Below are positions 1 to 9,755 of a stretch of DNA of 54,499 bases, piece after piece. A program made the position numbers and the translations under genes. The stretch covers positions 1 through 54,499 of the forward strand of contig JBDREC010000042.1 in assembly GCA_043820105.1 (NCBI GenBank), read 5' to 3'. The notes beneath the pieces are model-generated. The model saw only the letters and a list, made by a program, of their open reading frames with translations. It made no database searches and was not told the origin of the DNA. Position 1 is the first letter of the stretch, and each line of letters begins with the position of its first letter. The DNA comes from Pseudomonadota bacterium. GTDB taxonomy: Bacteria; Bdellovibrionota_F; JAHFAK01; JBDREC01.

Positions 1-1112
1 TGAAAACCTTTTAAAAACTCAAAACTATTTCTAATCTCAATTCTTCCAATAAACTTATCAATACTCAAATTCTTTATTAATTGAATCGCTTTAAAATCAT
101 ATTTATTAGAAAAATAATTTAACCCAGAATGAAGTTTCTTATCCGTTAATTTCGCCTCAAGTATAAATTCAACTTCATCATTAACAATAAGCGCAAAATC
201 TACTTCCTGTCCATTCCTTGTTTTAAAATATTTTAAATTCGCCTTTTTGCCCTGATAATCCTCAATTTGAAAAGTGTGTTTTAATAATGAAAGAGCTACG
301 AAGTTTTCATATTTTGCACCTTCATCACCGATTACCATACCTGTATCATAAAAATATAACTTGGGTTCTTTTACTAATGATCTTGAAATGTTTTTTGAAT
401 AGGGTGTGACTCTAAAAATAATAAAAAGCTCTTCTAAAATCTGGATATACTTTTTTACAGTATTTGGGGAAATTGAAATATCTTCAGATATAGATTGGAA
501 TGAGATGTTTGAACCAACTGATCGTCTTAAAATCTCTAACAACTGCTGCATGGCCTTAAAATCATAGATTCTTTCAAAATCTAAAATATCAGTCCTAATC
601 AAACCATCTACATAGATTAATCTCCACCTGTCTGCATCTTGCCTCTGCTTTTCCAAAAAAGGTTCTGGAAAACCACCTTGAAATATTAATTTATCCTGGT
701 CAGAATAATTTGGATTTTCAAGCTCTGATAGGGAAAATGGTAAAAGTCTATGTCTAAAAAATCGGCCAGCCAAAGAATCTCCTGCTTGTCTAAAAGTTTC
801 CAAGCGAGCGCTTCCAGTTACCAGGATTTTTAATTTTTCTTCTTTTGTATCAAATAAGCCTTTTAAATAATTCTTCCATTGAGGCATTTTATGAAGTTCA
901 TCAAAAACAACAAGCTCAAGAGCTGGATTCCATAATTTTTTAAGAATTATCTCACGATGATCATAATTATCATAGTTAAGATATAATCCTTTTTCAAAAT
1001 TTTTAAGAATTTCCTTTGATAACCAAGTTTTGCCAACTTGACGAGGACCAACAAGAAAAACCATTTTTTTATTTAAGTCATCAAGAATTTTATGTGTTTG
1101 TGATCTATTCAT
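1..1112 (-). CDS. AAA+ ATPase (AAA_14 / DUF4143 family), runs off left edge of window
   Basis: Not in ORF track. Manual translation from ATG at 1112 gives MNRSQTHKILDDLNKKMVFLVGPRQVGKTW (Walker A), later VVFDELHK (Walker B), ILVTGSA and EVDFAL. The same frame is open at the window edge (..GRIEIRNSFEFLKGF). Confidence 0.88.
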   Translation of the reverse strand, partial: MNRSQTHKILDDLNKKMVFLVGPRQVGKTWLSKEILKNFEKGLYLNYDNYDHREIILKKLWNPALELVVFDELHKMPQWKNYLKGLFDTKEEKLKILVTGSARLETFRQAGDSLAGRFFRHRLLPFSLSELENPNYSDQDKLIFQGGFPEPFLEKQRQDADRWRLIYVDGLIRTDILDFERIYDFKAMQQLLEILRRSVGSNISFQSISEDISISPNTVKKYIQILEELFIIFRVTPYSKNISRSLVKEPKLYFYDTGMVIGDEGAKYENFVALSLLKHTFQIEDYQGKKANLKYFKTRNGQEVDFALIVNDEVEFILEAKLTDKKLHSGLNYFSNKYDFKAIQLIKNLSIDKFIGRIEIRNSFEFLKGF

Positions 1113-1220
1113 AGATACTTTTTTGCACTACTTTGCGGTTTTGTCAAGACAATTCCGCAAACTGCTGATGTTTTGTTTAGAATTTCGGGTGGGTTTTATT
1201 GTTTCGTTTAAGTTTAAGAA

Positions 1221-1244
1221 GGAGGGGACAAGCCCCTCCACTAC
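1221..1244 (-). repeat. GTAG-type REP-like palindrome, copy 1
   Basis: Minus strand reads GTAGTGGAGGGGCTTGTCCCCTCC: a GTAG tetranucleotide followed by a GGAGGGG/CCCCTCC hairpin. Near-identical copies at 7892 and 12025. Confidence 0.8.
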
Positions 1245-1389
1245 AGGTAATTAAGATCTTTGGAAAAGGACCTGAATTATTAAAAATAACCAATAATTAA
1301 CAATTAATAATTAATAATTAAAGACAAGGATTAACTCAGAAATGATATAAAAAGACTCCGAAAATTACAACACTAGCAACTAGCAACTT

Positions 1390-1459
1390 CACTTACCACT
1401 TACCACTTACCACTTACCACTTACAGCTTACCACTTACCACTTACCACTTACCACTTAC
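1390..1459. repeat. Heptamer tandem array (CACTTAC)x10
   Basis: Read directly; one variant unit. Overlaps the TAA stop of the 1456..2790 gene. Preceded by short (CTAGCAA)n and (AATAATT)n tracts. Confidence 0.95.
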
Positions 1460-2790
1460 TCCAAATACATACAAATCATCAACTCATATATAATTCCCTC
1501 TTCTTTAGCCAAAATCTTACGGTCATCCAGGAGACGCTTGAGCCTTATGGATTTGTCTTCAAGGCCTCTGCATTTAAAAGTTGTCTTGCCCTGGCATTCA
1601 TCATCCCATATTTTTTGATTATATCGATACTCTTTTTCGAGTTTACATAAGAGTTTATAGGCATCTGCATGTCGTGCCTTAAGTTTTGTTATGGTTCTTT
1701 GACCTGCATAGATTGAGGAGCTTACAATTCTTTTCATTTGTTTAAGGCGTTTATATAAGGAAGTTACAATCTCCAGATTTATAAAAAGCTTTTTTTCATC
1801 TTCTTTTTTAAGCTTATTTTCGAGCCACATGATTTTTCCAAGAATTTTTTGGCCCTCTTTATAGTATGGATCAATGTGATCTTTAACTAAATCAAATTGG
1901 CGATTAATTAGGGACATATCTCTTAGATACTGACAAAGAGTGGTAATTAATGAAAGCCAATGCCTAAAATCCTGAATTAAATAAAACTTATAATCTCTGC
2001 CCTCAAAATATATCGCGTGATTTTGCAATAGGTTTTTATTCATACCTCCAATATAATCAACTGTCATTTGACTTACTGAGTTTAATAAAAAATCTCTTGT
2101 CTTTTTTTCAAGTTCAAATGGAAGCTCTTGTGGCCAATCATTCAGCTCTTGTGTAAAGTCAAAATACAAATTATCTAAAGTTAATTTGATAAAAAAGTCC
2201 TTGCCCTTATTTTCGAAATCCTGCTCAAGCTCTAAAAGAGCTTGTCCCATCATTTTTTTTCTATCACTTGAATCAAGCAGATAATTGTCGCTGAGTTTAA
2301 TTATCTTAATATCCTCATCATCTATACCACAAAGGGCTTTTGCATAAACTTGACCTTCTCTTATTAGAAAATCTTCTCTAATTTTCCTGAAGTGAAGTCT
2401 TGGATCAAATTCGCAAGCATCATAAAAGCTGTCTTCATAACCTTTATATATAGCTGAATCATCCGGGTATTTTATCAAGCACTTTGAAACGCTAAAAAGT
2501 GTTTCCTTATTATTTGGATTATAATCGTCAAGACATTCATTTCTTTTACTTAGTTCAACAAAATATCTATCAATATAATCCCTTACATATTGATTATCAA
2601 AAACAACATCCAAATCCCGCTTTCTGTCTTTATATTCAAGATCCTTTTCCCCAAAAGAATAAATTTCATTGAGAGCATCTTGTCTTTGATTATCTTTCAG
2701 GGCTTTACCTATTCTTTTTAAAGGTGTAGAACATGATAAAATAACAAGGAATAGAATAGGCAAGAATATGGAAATCTTTTTTAAGCTCAT
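1456..2790 (-). CDS. Hypothetical lipoprotein
   Basis: 444 aa ORF with an N-terminal hydrophobic stretch ending in lipobox-like ILSC. No family recognised. Confidence 0.7.
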   Translation of the reverse strand: MSLKKISIFLPILFLVILSCSTPLKRIGKALKDNQRQDALNEIYSFGEKDLEYKDRKRDLDVVFDNQYVRDYIDRYFVELSKRNECLDDYNPNNKETLFSVSKCLIKYPDDSAIYKGYEDSFYDACEFDPRLHFRKIREDFLIREGQVYAKALCGIDDEDIKIIKLSDNYLLDSSDRKKMMGQALLELEQDFENKGKDFFIKLTLDNLYFDFTQELNDWPQELPFELEKKTRDFLLNSVSQMTVDYIGGMNKNLLQNHAIYFEGRDYKFYLIQDFRHWLSLITTLCQYLRDMSLINRQFDLVKDHIDPYYKEGQKILGKIMWLENKLKKEDEKKLFINLEIVTSLYKRLKQMKRIVSSSIYAGQRTITKLKARHADAYKLLCKLEKEYRYNQKIWDDECQGKTTFKCRGLEDKSIRLKRLLDDRKILAKEEGIIYELMICMYLE

Positions 2791-2958
2791 TTTTATCCTT
2801 AATCGTTAAAGGCAATTATTTTTACAATTAAACGCTATAAATCCAGAGCAACTTTTAATATTATTATAAATTTCGTTATATAGTAGATAATTTATACTTA
2901 AATTAAAAGCAAAATTTTATTTGCATTAAATTATTTAATCTACTAGGACTCTTTCATT

Positions 2959-4002
2959 ATGATAAATGAATTGCTTTTAACATATAATAAATTCCTGCCT
3001 CCACTTATATCAGTAATATTGATATCATTTTGTATGATACCACTAGTTATTGCATTGCTGGTTTTTATTTCATTATTTGTAGCTAAAATTGATGCCGCTA
3101 TAAGAAATGTAAAATTTGGCCAGATTTTTAATCATTTAAATAAAAGTATATTCATTCAAAAAACATCAAGAGGAATAGAAAAGACAATATTAATTTCCTT
3201 TTTGGTACTTGTTGTTTTTTTTCTATGCTTTTCAATTTTATTGATCCCTTTTTCTGATAAAGTATTTTTACTAACAACAGGTGCAAACTTAGTCTTAATT
3301 ATATCATTGCTTTTATCAGTTAAGCTTAGCTTTATGGTTTATCACTTTTTTGTTTCCTGCAAAAGCTTGAGAGATTCGAATGTATATACATATATTAATA
3401 TTTTTGTCGCAGCTTTTATAATCATCATATCAAGCTTAAGCGCATTAATTATTTCTGAAACTGGAAACCTAGGAGAGATCGTGTCTTTTCAGGGCACAAC
3501 TCCCCTAAGATGGAATATCTGTCACAATCCATTTTCTTTTGTATTGGCTGTTTTGTATTTTATTTCAATGTTCTTACTTTTAGAACTAAATCCTTTTGAC
3601 AGCAGAACCTTAGCATCAAAAAAACTAGGCTTAATGCAAAATTATTTTAAAATTAATAAAGACATCAATAAAATGATAAAATATGCTTTAATATTTTTAT
3701 TTTCATTAATTTTTGTTTTGATTTTTCTAGGTGGGTGGAATTTTTCAGTTGAGAAAACTTATCAACATAAAGAAACCTTAAGTGATTTATTTAAACCTTG
3801 TTTATTATTGCTCAAAACTACAATCATGGTTTATTTCATTTTATATTTAAACCACAAATTAATAAGCCCTGACTATAAAAAGCTCACAAAATTTTCCACA
3901 TTAGGACTTTTAATAGTTTGCCTTGTAAGTTTTTTATTTTTCATAGCTTATTATTTTATTTTTGGAAATGAATTCTTATTTGATCTTTGGATTAACAGCT
4001 AA
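2959..4002 (+). CDS. nuoH: Divergent NADH-quinone oxidoreductase subunit H-like membrane protein
   Basis: About 8 TM segments. Motifs WNICHNPFSF, LELNPFD and IFLGGW align by eye with the NuoH C-terminal half. Followed by a NuoI-like gene. Confidence 0.6.
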   Translation: MINELLLTYNKFLPPLISVILISFCMIPLVIALLVFISLFVAKIDAAIRNVKFGQIFNHLNKSIFIQKTSRGIEKTILISFLVLVVFFLCFSILLIPFSDKVFLLTTGANLVLIISLLLSVKLSFMVYHFFVSCKSLRDSNVYTYINIFVAAFIIIISSLSALIISETGNLGEIVSFQGTTPLRWNICHNPFSFVLAVLYFISMFLLLELNPFDSRTLASKKLGLMQNYFKINKDINKMIKYALIFLFSLIFVLIFLGGWNFSVEKTYQHKETLSDLFKPCLLLLKTTIMVYFILYLNHKLISPDYKKLTKFSTLGLLIVCLVSFLFFIAYYFIFGNEFLFDLWINS

Positions 4003-4024
4003 GAAAAGAAATGGAACAATAACA

Positions 4025-4537
4025 ATGATATTTTTTCAAATACTTAAGTCAATATATTCAACACTACATTTTGATAATAAGGAATTTTCAAATCAAAAAG
4101 AAATAAAACCAGTAAACAGCATCAATAAAGGGATTGCAGATCTAACTTTAGATAAAGATATTTGCACTGCCTGCAGAAAGTGTGAAGATGTTTGCCCTAT
4201 TCTTTGCATAGAAATCCAGATAAAAGAAAAAGTTGTAATGAATGGAGAACTTTTCCAATATGATATTGAAGGTCCCTTTGGCCAATTAAGAGAAGTTCCA
4301 AGTGAGTTTAAAAATTATAATAAAAGCAAAAAAATATTATCAGGCCTTGATATTGAGCGAGTTGATAAAAATAGATTTGCAGAATTTAAAATAGACAAGG
4401 TTAGCTGCACACTCTGTGGCCTATGCATAAATAAATGTCCAACAGGAGCCTTACGCTTTTCACCAAATGGACATAGAATTGTAAAGAAAATAGAAGAAAT
4501 TAATGAAACTTATCGATTTTATCCTGTTCAAATATAA
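4025..4537 (+). CDS. nuoI: 2x[4Fe-4S] ferredoxin-type protein, NuoI-like
   Basis: CTACRKCEDVCP and CTLCGLCINKCP motifs, directly after nuoH-like. Probable start ATG 4025 (ORF track starts at 3962). Confidence 0.65.
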   Translation: MIFFQILKSIYSTLHFDNKEFSNQKEIKPVNSINKGIADLTLDKDICTACRKCEDVCPILCIEIQIKEKVVMNGELFQYDIEGPFGQLREVPSEFKNYNKSKKILSGLDIERVDKNRFAEFKIDKVSCTLCGLCINKCPTGALRFSPNGHRIVKKIEEINETYRFYPVQI

Positions 4538-4540
4538 ATT

Positions 4541-4670
4541 AGTATTTAGTATTCGGTATTCGGTATTCAGTATTCGGTATTCGGTATTCAGTATTCAGTA
4601 TTCGGTATTCGGTATTCGGTATTCAGTATTCAGTATTCGGTATTCAGTATTCAGTATTCAGTATTCAGTA
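4541..4670. repeat. Heptamer tandem array (RGTATTC)x~18
   Basis: Read directly; begins 3 nt after the nuoI-like stop codon. Confidence 0.95.
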
Positions 4671-4678
4671 AAGATTAA

Positions 4679-4731
4679 ACTTACCACTTACCACTTACCA
4701 CTTACCACTTATAACTTACCACTTACCACTT
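4679..4731. repeat. Heptamer tandem array (ACTTACC)x~7
   Basis: Read directly; overlaps the last codons and stop of ileS. Confidence 0.95.
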
Positions 4732-7700
4732 TCTCAAGCCTAATCATTGCTTTTAGCTTATTAAGCTTAATCTCTTTCATTTCTTCATTGGCTTCTACTT
4801 CGCGAGTTATTTCTAAGGCTAGGGTTTCTTTTGAAATGTGCTCCAGGTGTTTTTTAATTGAAGCGGCGACTTCGTCGTCTGACGCATAAAAAATCTTGAT
4901 TCTATCCATTACATCAAAGCCAGATTCTTTTCTTAAAAACTGCACTTTATTAACTACTTCTCGGGCAAGGCCCTCGGAAATTAGCTCTTTGTTAAGTTTT
5001 GTTTGAAGCAAGACAGTTAATCCTCCTTCTTCTGCTGCTGCATAATCAGAAAGTCCTTCAACATTTCTCATAACTTGATTTTGCTCCAGTTCAAAAGTCG
5101 TTCCTTCAAACTCAATATTTAAAGTACCCATGGTAAAAAGCTTAGAGGATTCTTCATCAGTCAATTTTTCAACCAAGGGTGATAGCTTCTTAACTGAGGC
5201 ACCAAACTTGGGACCAGCTTGTTTAAAGTCAAGCTTGTGCTTATAGGTAACAAAACCTTCTTTTTCTTGACCATGACAAACTTTTTTAATGTTTAATTCA
5301 TCAACGAGAATACTTTTATATTCTTTTAATACTTGCTCTGGATTAAAAGTTTCTTCTTTAGCTCTAATTACATAAAGCTCAGATAATGGTTGTCTAACTT
5401 TTAAAGCAGTTTTATTTCTAATGGATCTTCCCAAATAAACCACGTCTTTTATGAAATCCATTTCTTTTTCAATTTTTGGATTAACTAAATTCTCATCAAA
5501 TTTTGGATATTCTTGTAAGTGAACGGTTTCATCTGCACCATGTAATGTTTTATAAACCATCTCAGCCCAGAAAGGTGTAAATGGAGCAAGAATCTTTGAA
5601 AGACCATCAAGACAAATAAACAAAGTTTTGTAGGCATCAAGTTTATTTTCAGGCATTTCGCTAACCCAATATCTGCGTCTGTTTGTTCTAATATACCAAT
5701 TTGAAAGTATATCAATAAAGGTATCGATTGCTCTTGCTGTTCTAGTTATATCATATTTTTCCATCTGCATTATTGTTTCTTTAACCAGACTGTTATATTT
5801 AGAAATAATCCAAACATCAGCAACTTCCTTTGGCTCAAACTTACTAAGATCGCCAAGCATTTCCTTTTTTAAATCATCAATGTTTGCGTACAAAGTAAAA
5901 AAGGATAGAATGTTTTTTATGGTAACAAAAAATCTCCAATGAATGTCCTTAACATCTGCTTCATTAAAACGAATATTATCCCAGGGATTATTGGTCTTAG
6001 ACAAATACCATCTTAAAGAGTCAGCACCATGAGTTTTTATTGTTTCCCAGGCATCAACTGCATTCCCCTTACTCTTTGACATTTTTTGTCCTTTTTTATC
6101 CTGGATAATTCCAAGTACAAGACAATTTTTAAAAGGAGATTGCTTGAATAAAAAGGTAGATATTGCAAGCAGAGAATAAAACCAACCTCTTGTTTGATCA
6201 ATTCCTTCAGATATAAAATCAGCAGGAAAATTAGATTCAAAAAGTTCTCTATTTTTATGTGGATAACCCCATTGTGCAAGTGGCATGCTTCCTGAATCAA
6301 ACCAAGCATCTAAAACTTCTTCAGTTCTGGTCATCGCCTCTTTACACTTTGGACAATTAACAGTGATCTCATCAATATAGGGCTTATGCAGATCAAGTTC
6401 CGCGATATTTTCTTCTGTAAATGCTTGAAGATCTTTTCTTGATCCAACACAAATTTCTTCACCACATATACACTGCCAAATAGCAAGAGGTGTACCCCAA
6501 TAACGTTCTCTACTAATGGCCCAGTCAATATTGTTTTCAAGCCAATTACCAAAACGACCAGCTTTAATATGATCAGGAGACCAATTGATCTCATTATTAG
6601 CCTTAAGCAGATCTTCTTTAAACGCAGTTGTCTTAATATACCAGGAAGCCTTAACATAATATAATAAGGGTGTATTACAGCGCCAACAAAAAGGATAAGT
6701 ATGTTCATACATTTCTGACTTATAAAGTTTTTCTGTTTCTTTTAAATGTTTAATAATTTTAGGGTCAGCTACTTTAACAAATAAACCCGCCCAATCACCA
6801 ACACCTTCAACAAACTTTCCTTCAAGGTCAACAGGTTGCAGGAAAGGAAGATCCTTTTCCATGCCAATCTTACAGTCATCTTCACCAAAAGCAGGAGCTA
6901 TATGAACAATTCCAGTACCATCATCAAGCGTAACAAAGTCAGCGCCAACAACTTTATATCCCTTTTTCTTTTCATCTTCAGGCAATAAACCAAAATCTAA
7001 AAGGGGTTCATATTCGATATCCAAAAGCTCAGAACCTTTAAATTTATCTTCAATTCTAAATTCTTCAATAATAACTTTATTTGCCAAAGCTTCTGCTATA
7101 ATAAATTTTTCTTCGCCGGATTTGAGCAACAAATAATTATGCTCAGGATGAACAGCCAAGGCAACGTTTGCTGGCAAAGTCCATGGAGTAGTCGTCCAAA
7201 CCAGAAATGAAAAATCTTTATTAATAGCTTTAAACTTTACAAATAGAGATGGATCTTTAACTTCTTTATAACCTTGAGCAACTTCGTGGCTTGATAAGGG
7301 GGTTCCACATCTAGCGCAATAAGGAACAGTCTTTCTTCCTTTATAAATTAGTTTTTTATCATAAAATTGCTTTATGATCCACCAGACAGACTCAATGTAA
7401 TCATTTGTGAAGGTAACATATGGATCATCCATATCAAGCCAGTAACCCATGCGATCAGTTAATTCGCGCCAGGCTGACTCATATTGCATTACTGAATCTT
7501 TACATTGTTTATTAAACTCTAAAACACCATACTCTTCAATATCACTTTTGGATGAAAGATTTAACTTTTTTTCAATTTCAAGCTCAACAGGAAGACCATG
7601 TGTATCCCAACCTGCTTTCCTGCCAACATAGAAACCTTGCATTGTTTTATATCTGCAAAAAATATCTTTTATAGTTCTTGTAAAAAAGTGGTGAACCCCT

Positions 7701-7861
7701 GGCAAACCATTAGCAGTCGGTGGTCCTTCAAAAAAAACAAATGGTTTTCGATCTTTTCTAATTTCACAAGATTTTTTAAAAATATCGTTTTTCTTCCAAA
7801 AATCCAGAACTTCAGATTCCATATCTGGCAATTCTTTTTTCAGCAAACTTTCATTAAACAT
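4709..7861 (-). CDS. ileS: Isoleucine--tRNA ligase, type 2
   Basis: EGPPTANGLPGVHH, GWDTHGLPVE, WTTTPWTLP, DWAISRERYWG, EGIDQTRGWF and KMSKS motifs; 1050 aa with an IleRS2-type C-terminus. Confidence 0.97.
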   Translation of the reverse strand: MFNESLLKKELPDMESEVLDFWKKNDIFKKSCEIRKDRKPFVFFEGPPTANGLPGVHHFFTRTIKDIFCRYKTMQGFYVGRKAGWDTHGLPVELEIEKKLNLSSKSDIEEYGVLEFNKQCKDSVMQYESAWRELTDRMGYWLDMDDPYVTFTNDYIESVWWIIKQFYDKKLIYKGRKTVPYCARCGTPLSSHEVAQGYKEVKDPSLFVKFKAINKDFSFLVWTTTPWTLPANVALAVHPEHNYLLLKSGEEKFIIAEALANKVIIEEFRIEDKFKGSELLDIEYEPLLDFGLLPEDEKKKGYKVVGADFVTLDDGTGIVHIAPAFGEDDCKIGMEKDLPFLQPVDLEGKFVEGVGDWAGLFVKVADPKIIKHLKETEKLYKSEMYEHTYPFCWRCNTPLLYYVKASWYIKTTAFKEDLLKANNEINWSPDHIKAGRFGNWLENNIDWAISRERYWGTPLAIWQCICGEEICVGSRKDLQAFTEENIAELDLHKPYIDEITVNCPKCKEAMTRTEEVLDAWFDSGSMPLAQWGYPHKNRELFESNFPADFISEGIDQTRGWFYSLLAISTFLFKQSPFKNCLVLGIIQDKKGQKMSKSKGNAVDAWETIKTHGADSLRWYLSKTNNPWDNIRFNEADVKDIHWRFFVTIKNILSFFTLYANIDDLKKEMLGDLSKFEPKEVADVWIISKYNSLVKETIMQMEKYDITRTARAIDTFIDILSNWYIRTNRRRYWVSEMPENKLDAYKTLFICLDGLSKILAPFTPFWAEMVYKTLHGADETVHLQEYPKFDENLVNPKIEKEMDFIKDVVYLGRSIRNKTALKVRQPLSELYVIRAKEETFNPEQVLKEYKSILVDELNIKKVCHGQEKEGFVTYKHKLDFKQAGPKFGASVKKLSPLVEKLTDEESSKLFTMGTLNIEFEGTTFELEQNQVMRNVEGLSDYAAAEEGGLTVLLQTKLNKELISEGLAREVVNKVQFLRKESGFDVMDRIKIFYASDDEVAASIKKHLEHISKETLALEITREVEANEEMKEIKLNKLKAMIRLEKVVSGKL

Positions 7862-7891
7862 CTATAAACTCCGTAAAAGTTTTAATATTAA

Positions 7892-7915
7892 GGAGGGGAC
7901 AGGCCCCTCCACTAC
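7892..7915 (-). repeat. GTAG-type REP-like palindrome, copy 2
   Basis: Plus strand GGAGGGGACAGGCCCCTCCACTAC, one mismatch to copy 1. Confidence 0.8.
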
Positions 7916-8148
7916 ATTGCATTGAATATCATATTCCCTGCCAGCAACTAGCAATTGGCAACAATCTTACGACTAAACTCACTAATCATATTTTACTCAA
8001 TTTACAAGCCTAAAATGCATTTAACATAAACATTTTAAAAAACAGCATTTTAAAATTGTTTTTAATTCAATGCGTTATCAGTTTTTGCTTGAAATCGAAT
8101 TTTGACTATTGTATATATTTTTCAAGTTAATTTTGGAAGGTTAATGTC

Positions 8149-8580
8149 ATGACGCATCAAAATGAAACAAATAATTTTACCACAACACATACTACTGACA
8201 ACTGTACAAACACTGAAAACACAAGCACAGAAACAACAAGCGTTGAAACTCTCGGCACAACAGTTACACCTGAAAAACCAACTGAACAAACTACTGATTT
8301 TTCTGAAAAAAGAAAAAATATCAGAACTGATATTGATGTTAATGTTCAGTGCAATATTAATGGTCAAGTTTTCCAGGGAAAAAGCGTGAATATATCAAGA
8401 GGCGGCATACAGGTTTATTCAGATGAAACTGTTGATCAAAATACCCCCATTAAAGTTGAGTTTACACTACCTTACATGTCCCTGCCAATGAATCTAGATG
8501 GCAACGTTGTATGGACTACTTCACAATCAAGCGCAAGCTCTTCAGGTTTTGGCGTTATGTTTGAATGGAAATACATATAA
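8149..8580 (+). CDS. PilZ domain protein with Thr-rich N-terminal extension
   Basis: RKNIR (RxxxR) and NISRGG (D/NxSxxG) c-di-GMP-binding motifs; GFGVMF near the C-terminus. Confidence 0.85.
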   Translation: MTHQNETNNFTTTHTTDNCTNTENTSTETTSVETLGTTVTPEKPTEQTTDFSEKRKNIRTDIDVNVQCNINGQVFQGKSVNISRGGIQVYSDETVDQNTPIKVEFTLPYMSLPMNLDGNVVWTTSQSSASSSGFGVMFEWKYI

Positions 8581-8582
8581 TA

Positions 8583-8610
8583 ATTCAAGATTCAAGATTC
8601 AAGATTCAAA
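8583..8610. repeat. Heptamer tandem array (ATTCAAG)x4
   Basis: Read directly, between the PilZ gene stop and the pyrE start. Confidence 0.85.
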
Positions 8611-8626
8611 ATTAAAGGATAAATAA

Positions 8627-9268
8627 GTGGAATATAATAAAGCTGAATTTGCACATTTTTTAAAAGAAAATAATGTTATTAAATTTGGTAACTTTATTTT
8701 AAAAAGTGGGAAAAAATCTAAATATTTTCTTAATTTTGGTGACATTTCAAGTGGCTCTGCTCTTTTGCTATTGGGAAAATTTTACGCTCAAAAAATAAAA
8801 GAAGAAATAGGCTTTGATAGCTTTGATGTTATTTTGGGCCCTTCTTATAAAGGCATTCCACTTGCCCTTGCCACTTCAATTGCCATCAGTGAATTGTTTA
8901 GTGTAAACAAACCATTTGTATTTGATAGAAAAGAAGCTAAAACTCACGGGGAAGGCTCAAATGAAAATGTTTCAAAACTATTTGTTGGACATAAGCTCAA
9001 TGGAAATGAAAGACTTTTAATGCTTGATGATGTGCTGACAACAGGAGGCACAAAGCTTGAACTTATGGATAAAATGAATTCCCTCTTTAATGGCCTTTCT
9101 TTTCCAGCAATTATTATTGCAGTTGATAGAAAAGAAAAAGATGAGCAAGGGCTTACTGCTTTAGAAAAATTTGAAAAAGATACTAATATAAAGGTTATAA
9201 GTATTACTGATATTTTTGATATTTGTGCAGCTTGCGAAATTTCTCAAGAGCAGCTTCTAAGTTCTTAA
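8627..9268 (+). CDS. pyrE: Orotate phosphoribosyltransferase
   Basis: FILKSGKKSKYF, GPSYKGIP, DRKEAKTHGEG and PRPP motif LDDVLTTGGT. Confidence 0.95.
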   Translation: MEYNKAEFAHFLKENNVIKFGNFILKSGKKSKYFLNFGDISSGSALLLLGKFYAQKIKEEIGFDSFDVILGPSYKGIPLALATSIAISELFSVNKPFVFDRKEAKTHGEGSNENVSKLFVGHKLNGNERLLMLDDVLTTGGTKLELMDKMNSLFNGLSFPAIIIAVDRKEKDEQGLTALEKFEKDTNIKVISITDIFDICAACEISQEQLLSS

Positions 9269-9536
9269 AATTAATAAAACTTATCCTTTCATATCCTAAA
9301 AACTTATTTTTAATAATAATTTGATATTTATCATTGCTTATTTTCAGTAAGTCAAAGCTCGAAACACCTTTTTCTTTGACAAATTTTATATCAGCAGCCA
9401 AAGACCTCAACCTGCGGTAATCATTTAAAAGAAATTTACCATCTGTTGTTTTGCAATATTCAAAATATTTATTTCGACTAAATGCATATTTATCAAATTG
9501 CATAAGCATATTTTCTATTTTAGAAATAACTTCCAT
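9204..9536 (-). CDS. Hypothetical protein
   Basis: 110 aa ORF filling an otherwise empty gap; 3' end overlaps pyrE convergently. Confidence 0.55.
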   Translation of the reverse strand: MEVISKIENMLMQFDKYAFSRNKYFEYCKTTDGKFLLNDYRRLRSLAADIKFVKEKGVSSFDLLKISNDKYQIIIKNKFLGYERISFINFKNLEAALEKFRKLHKYQKYQ

Positions 9537-9635
9537 AATCTCACATTTCTGATCTTTTTTTTAAATTTTATATCAAATTTTTGATATATACAAGAAAAAG
9601 AAAACATAAGCCTATGAAACTTAAAGGCAACTAAT

Positions 9636-9652
9636 TTGGTATACTATTTGCA
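9636..9652 (+). promoter_or_regulatory. Possible sigma-54 promoter
   Basis: TTGGTATACTATTTGCA has GG-N10-GC spacing, about 100 nt upstream of the acidic lipoprotein start. Confidence 0.45.
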
Positions 9653-9755
9653 ATCCCTATTAACTTGACCATTTCATATGTTTTTATTATTGTTACATAG
9701 TTTTTTTAATGAAAACAAAAAAAACAATTTTTATTTTTTTCCAAAGGAGGCTTTA

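Noticed and set aside
1390-4731. Repeat tracts as a CRISPR array
   Set aside because: The period is 7 nt with no unique spacers, and there are no cas genes in the window.
4503-4889. 128 aa ORF with YSVFSIR / TTYHLPL repeats
   Set aside because: It is the translation of the stop-free heptamer arrays and overlaps both nuoI-like and antisense ileS; there is no evidence it is a gene.
7862-8148. T-box leader for ileS
   Set aside because: No T-box consensus seen on the minus strand; the hairpin present is the REP-like element.
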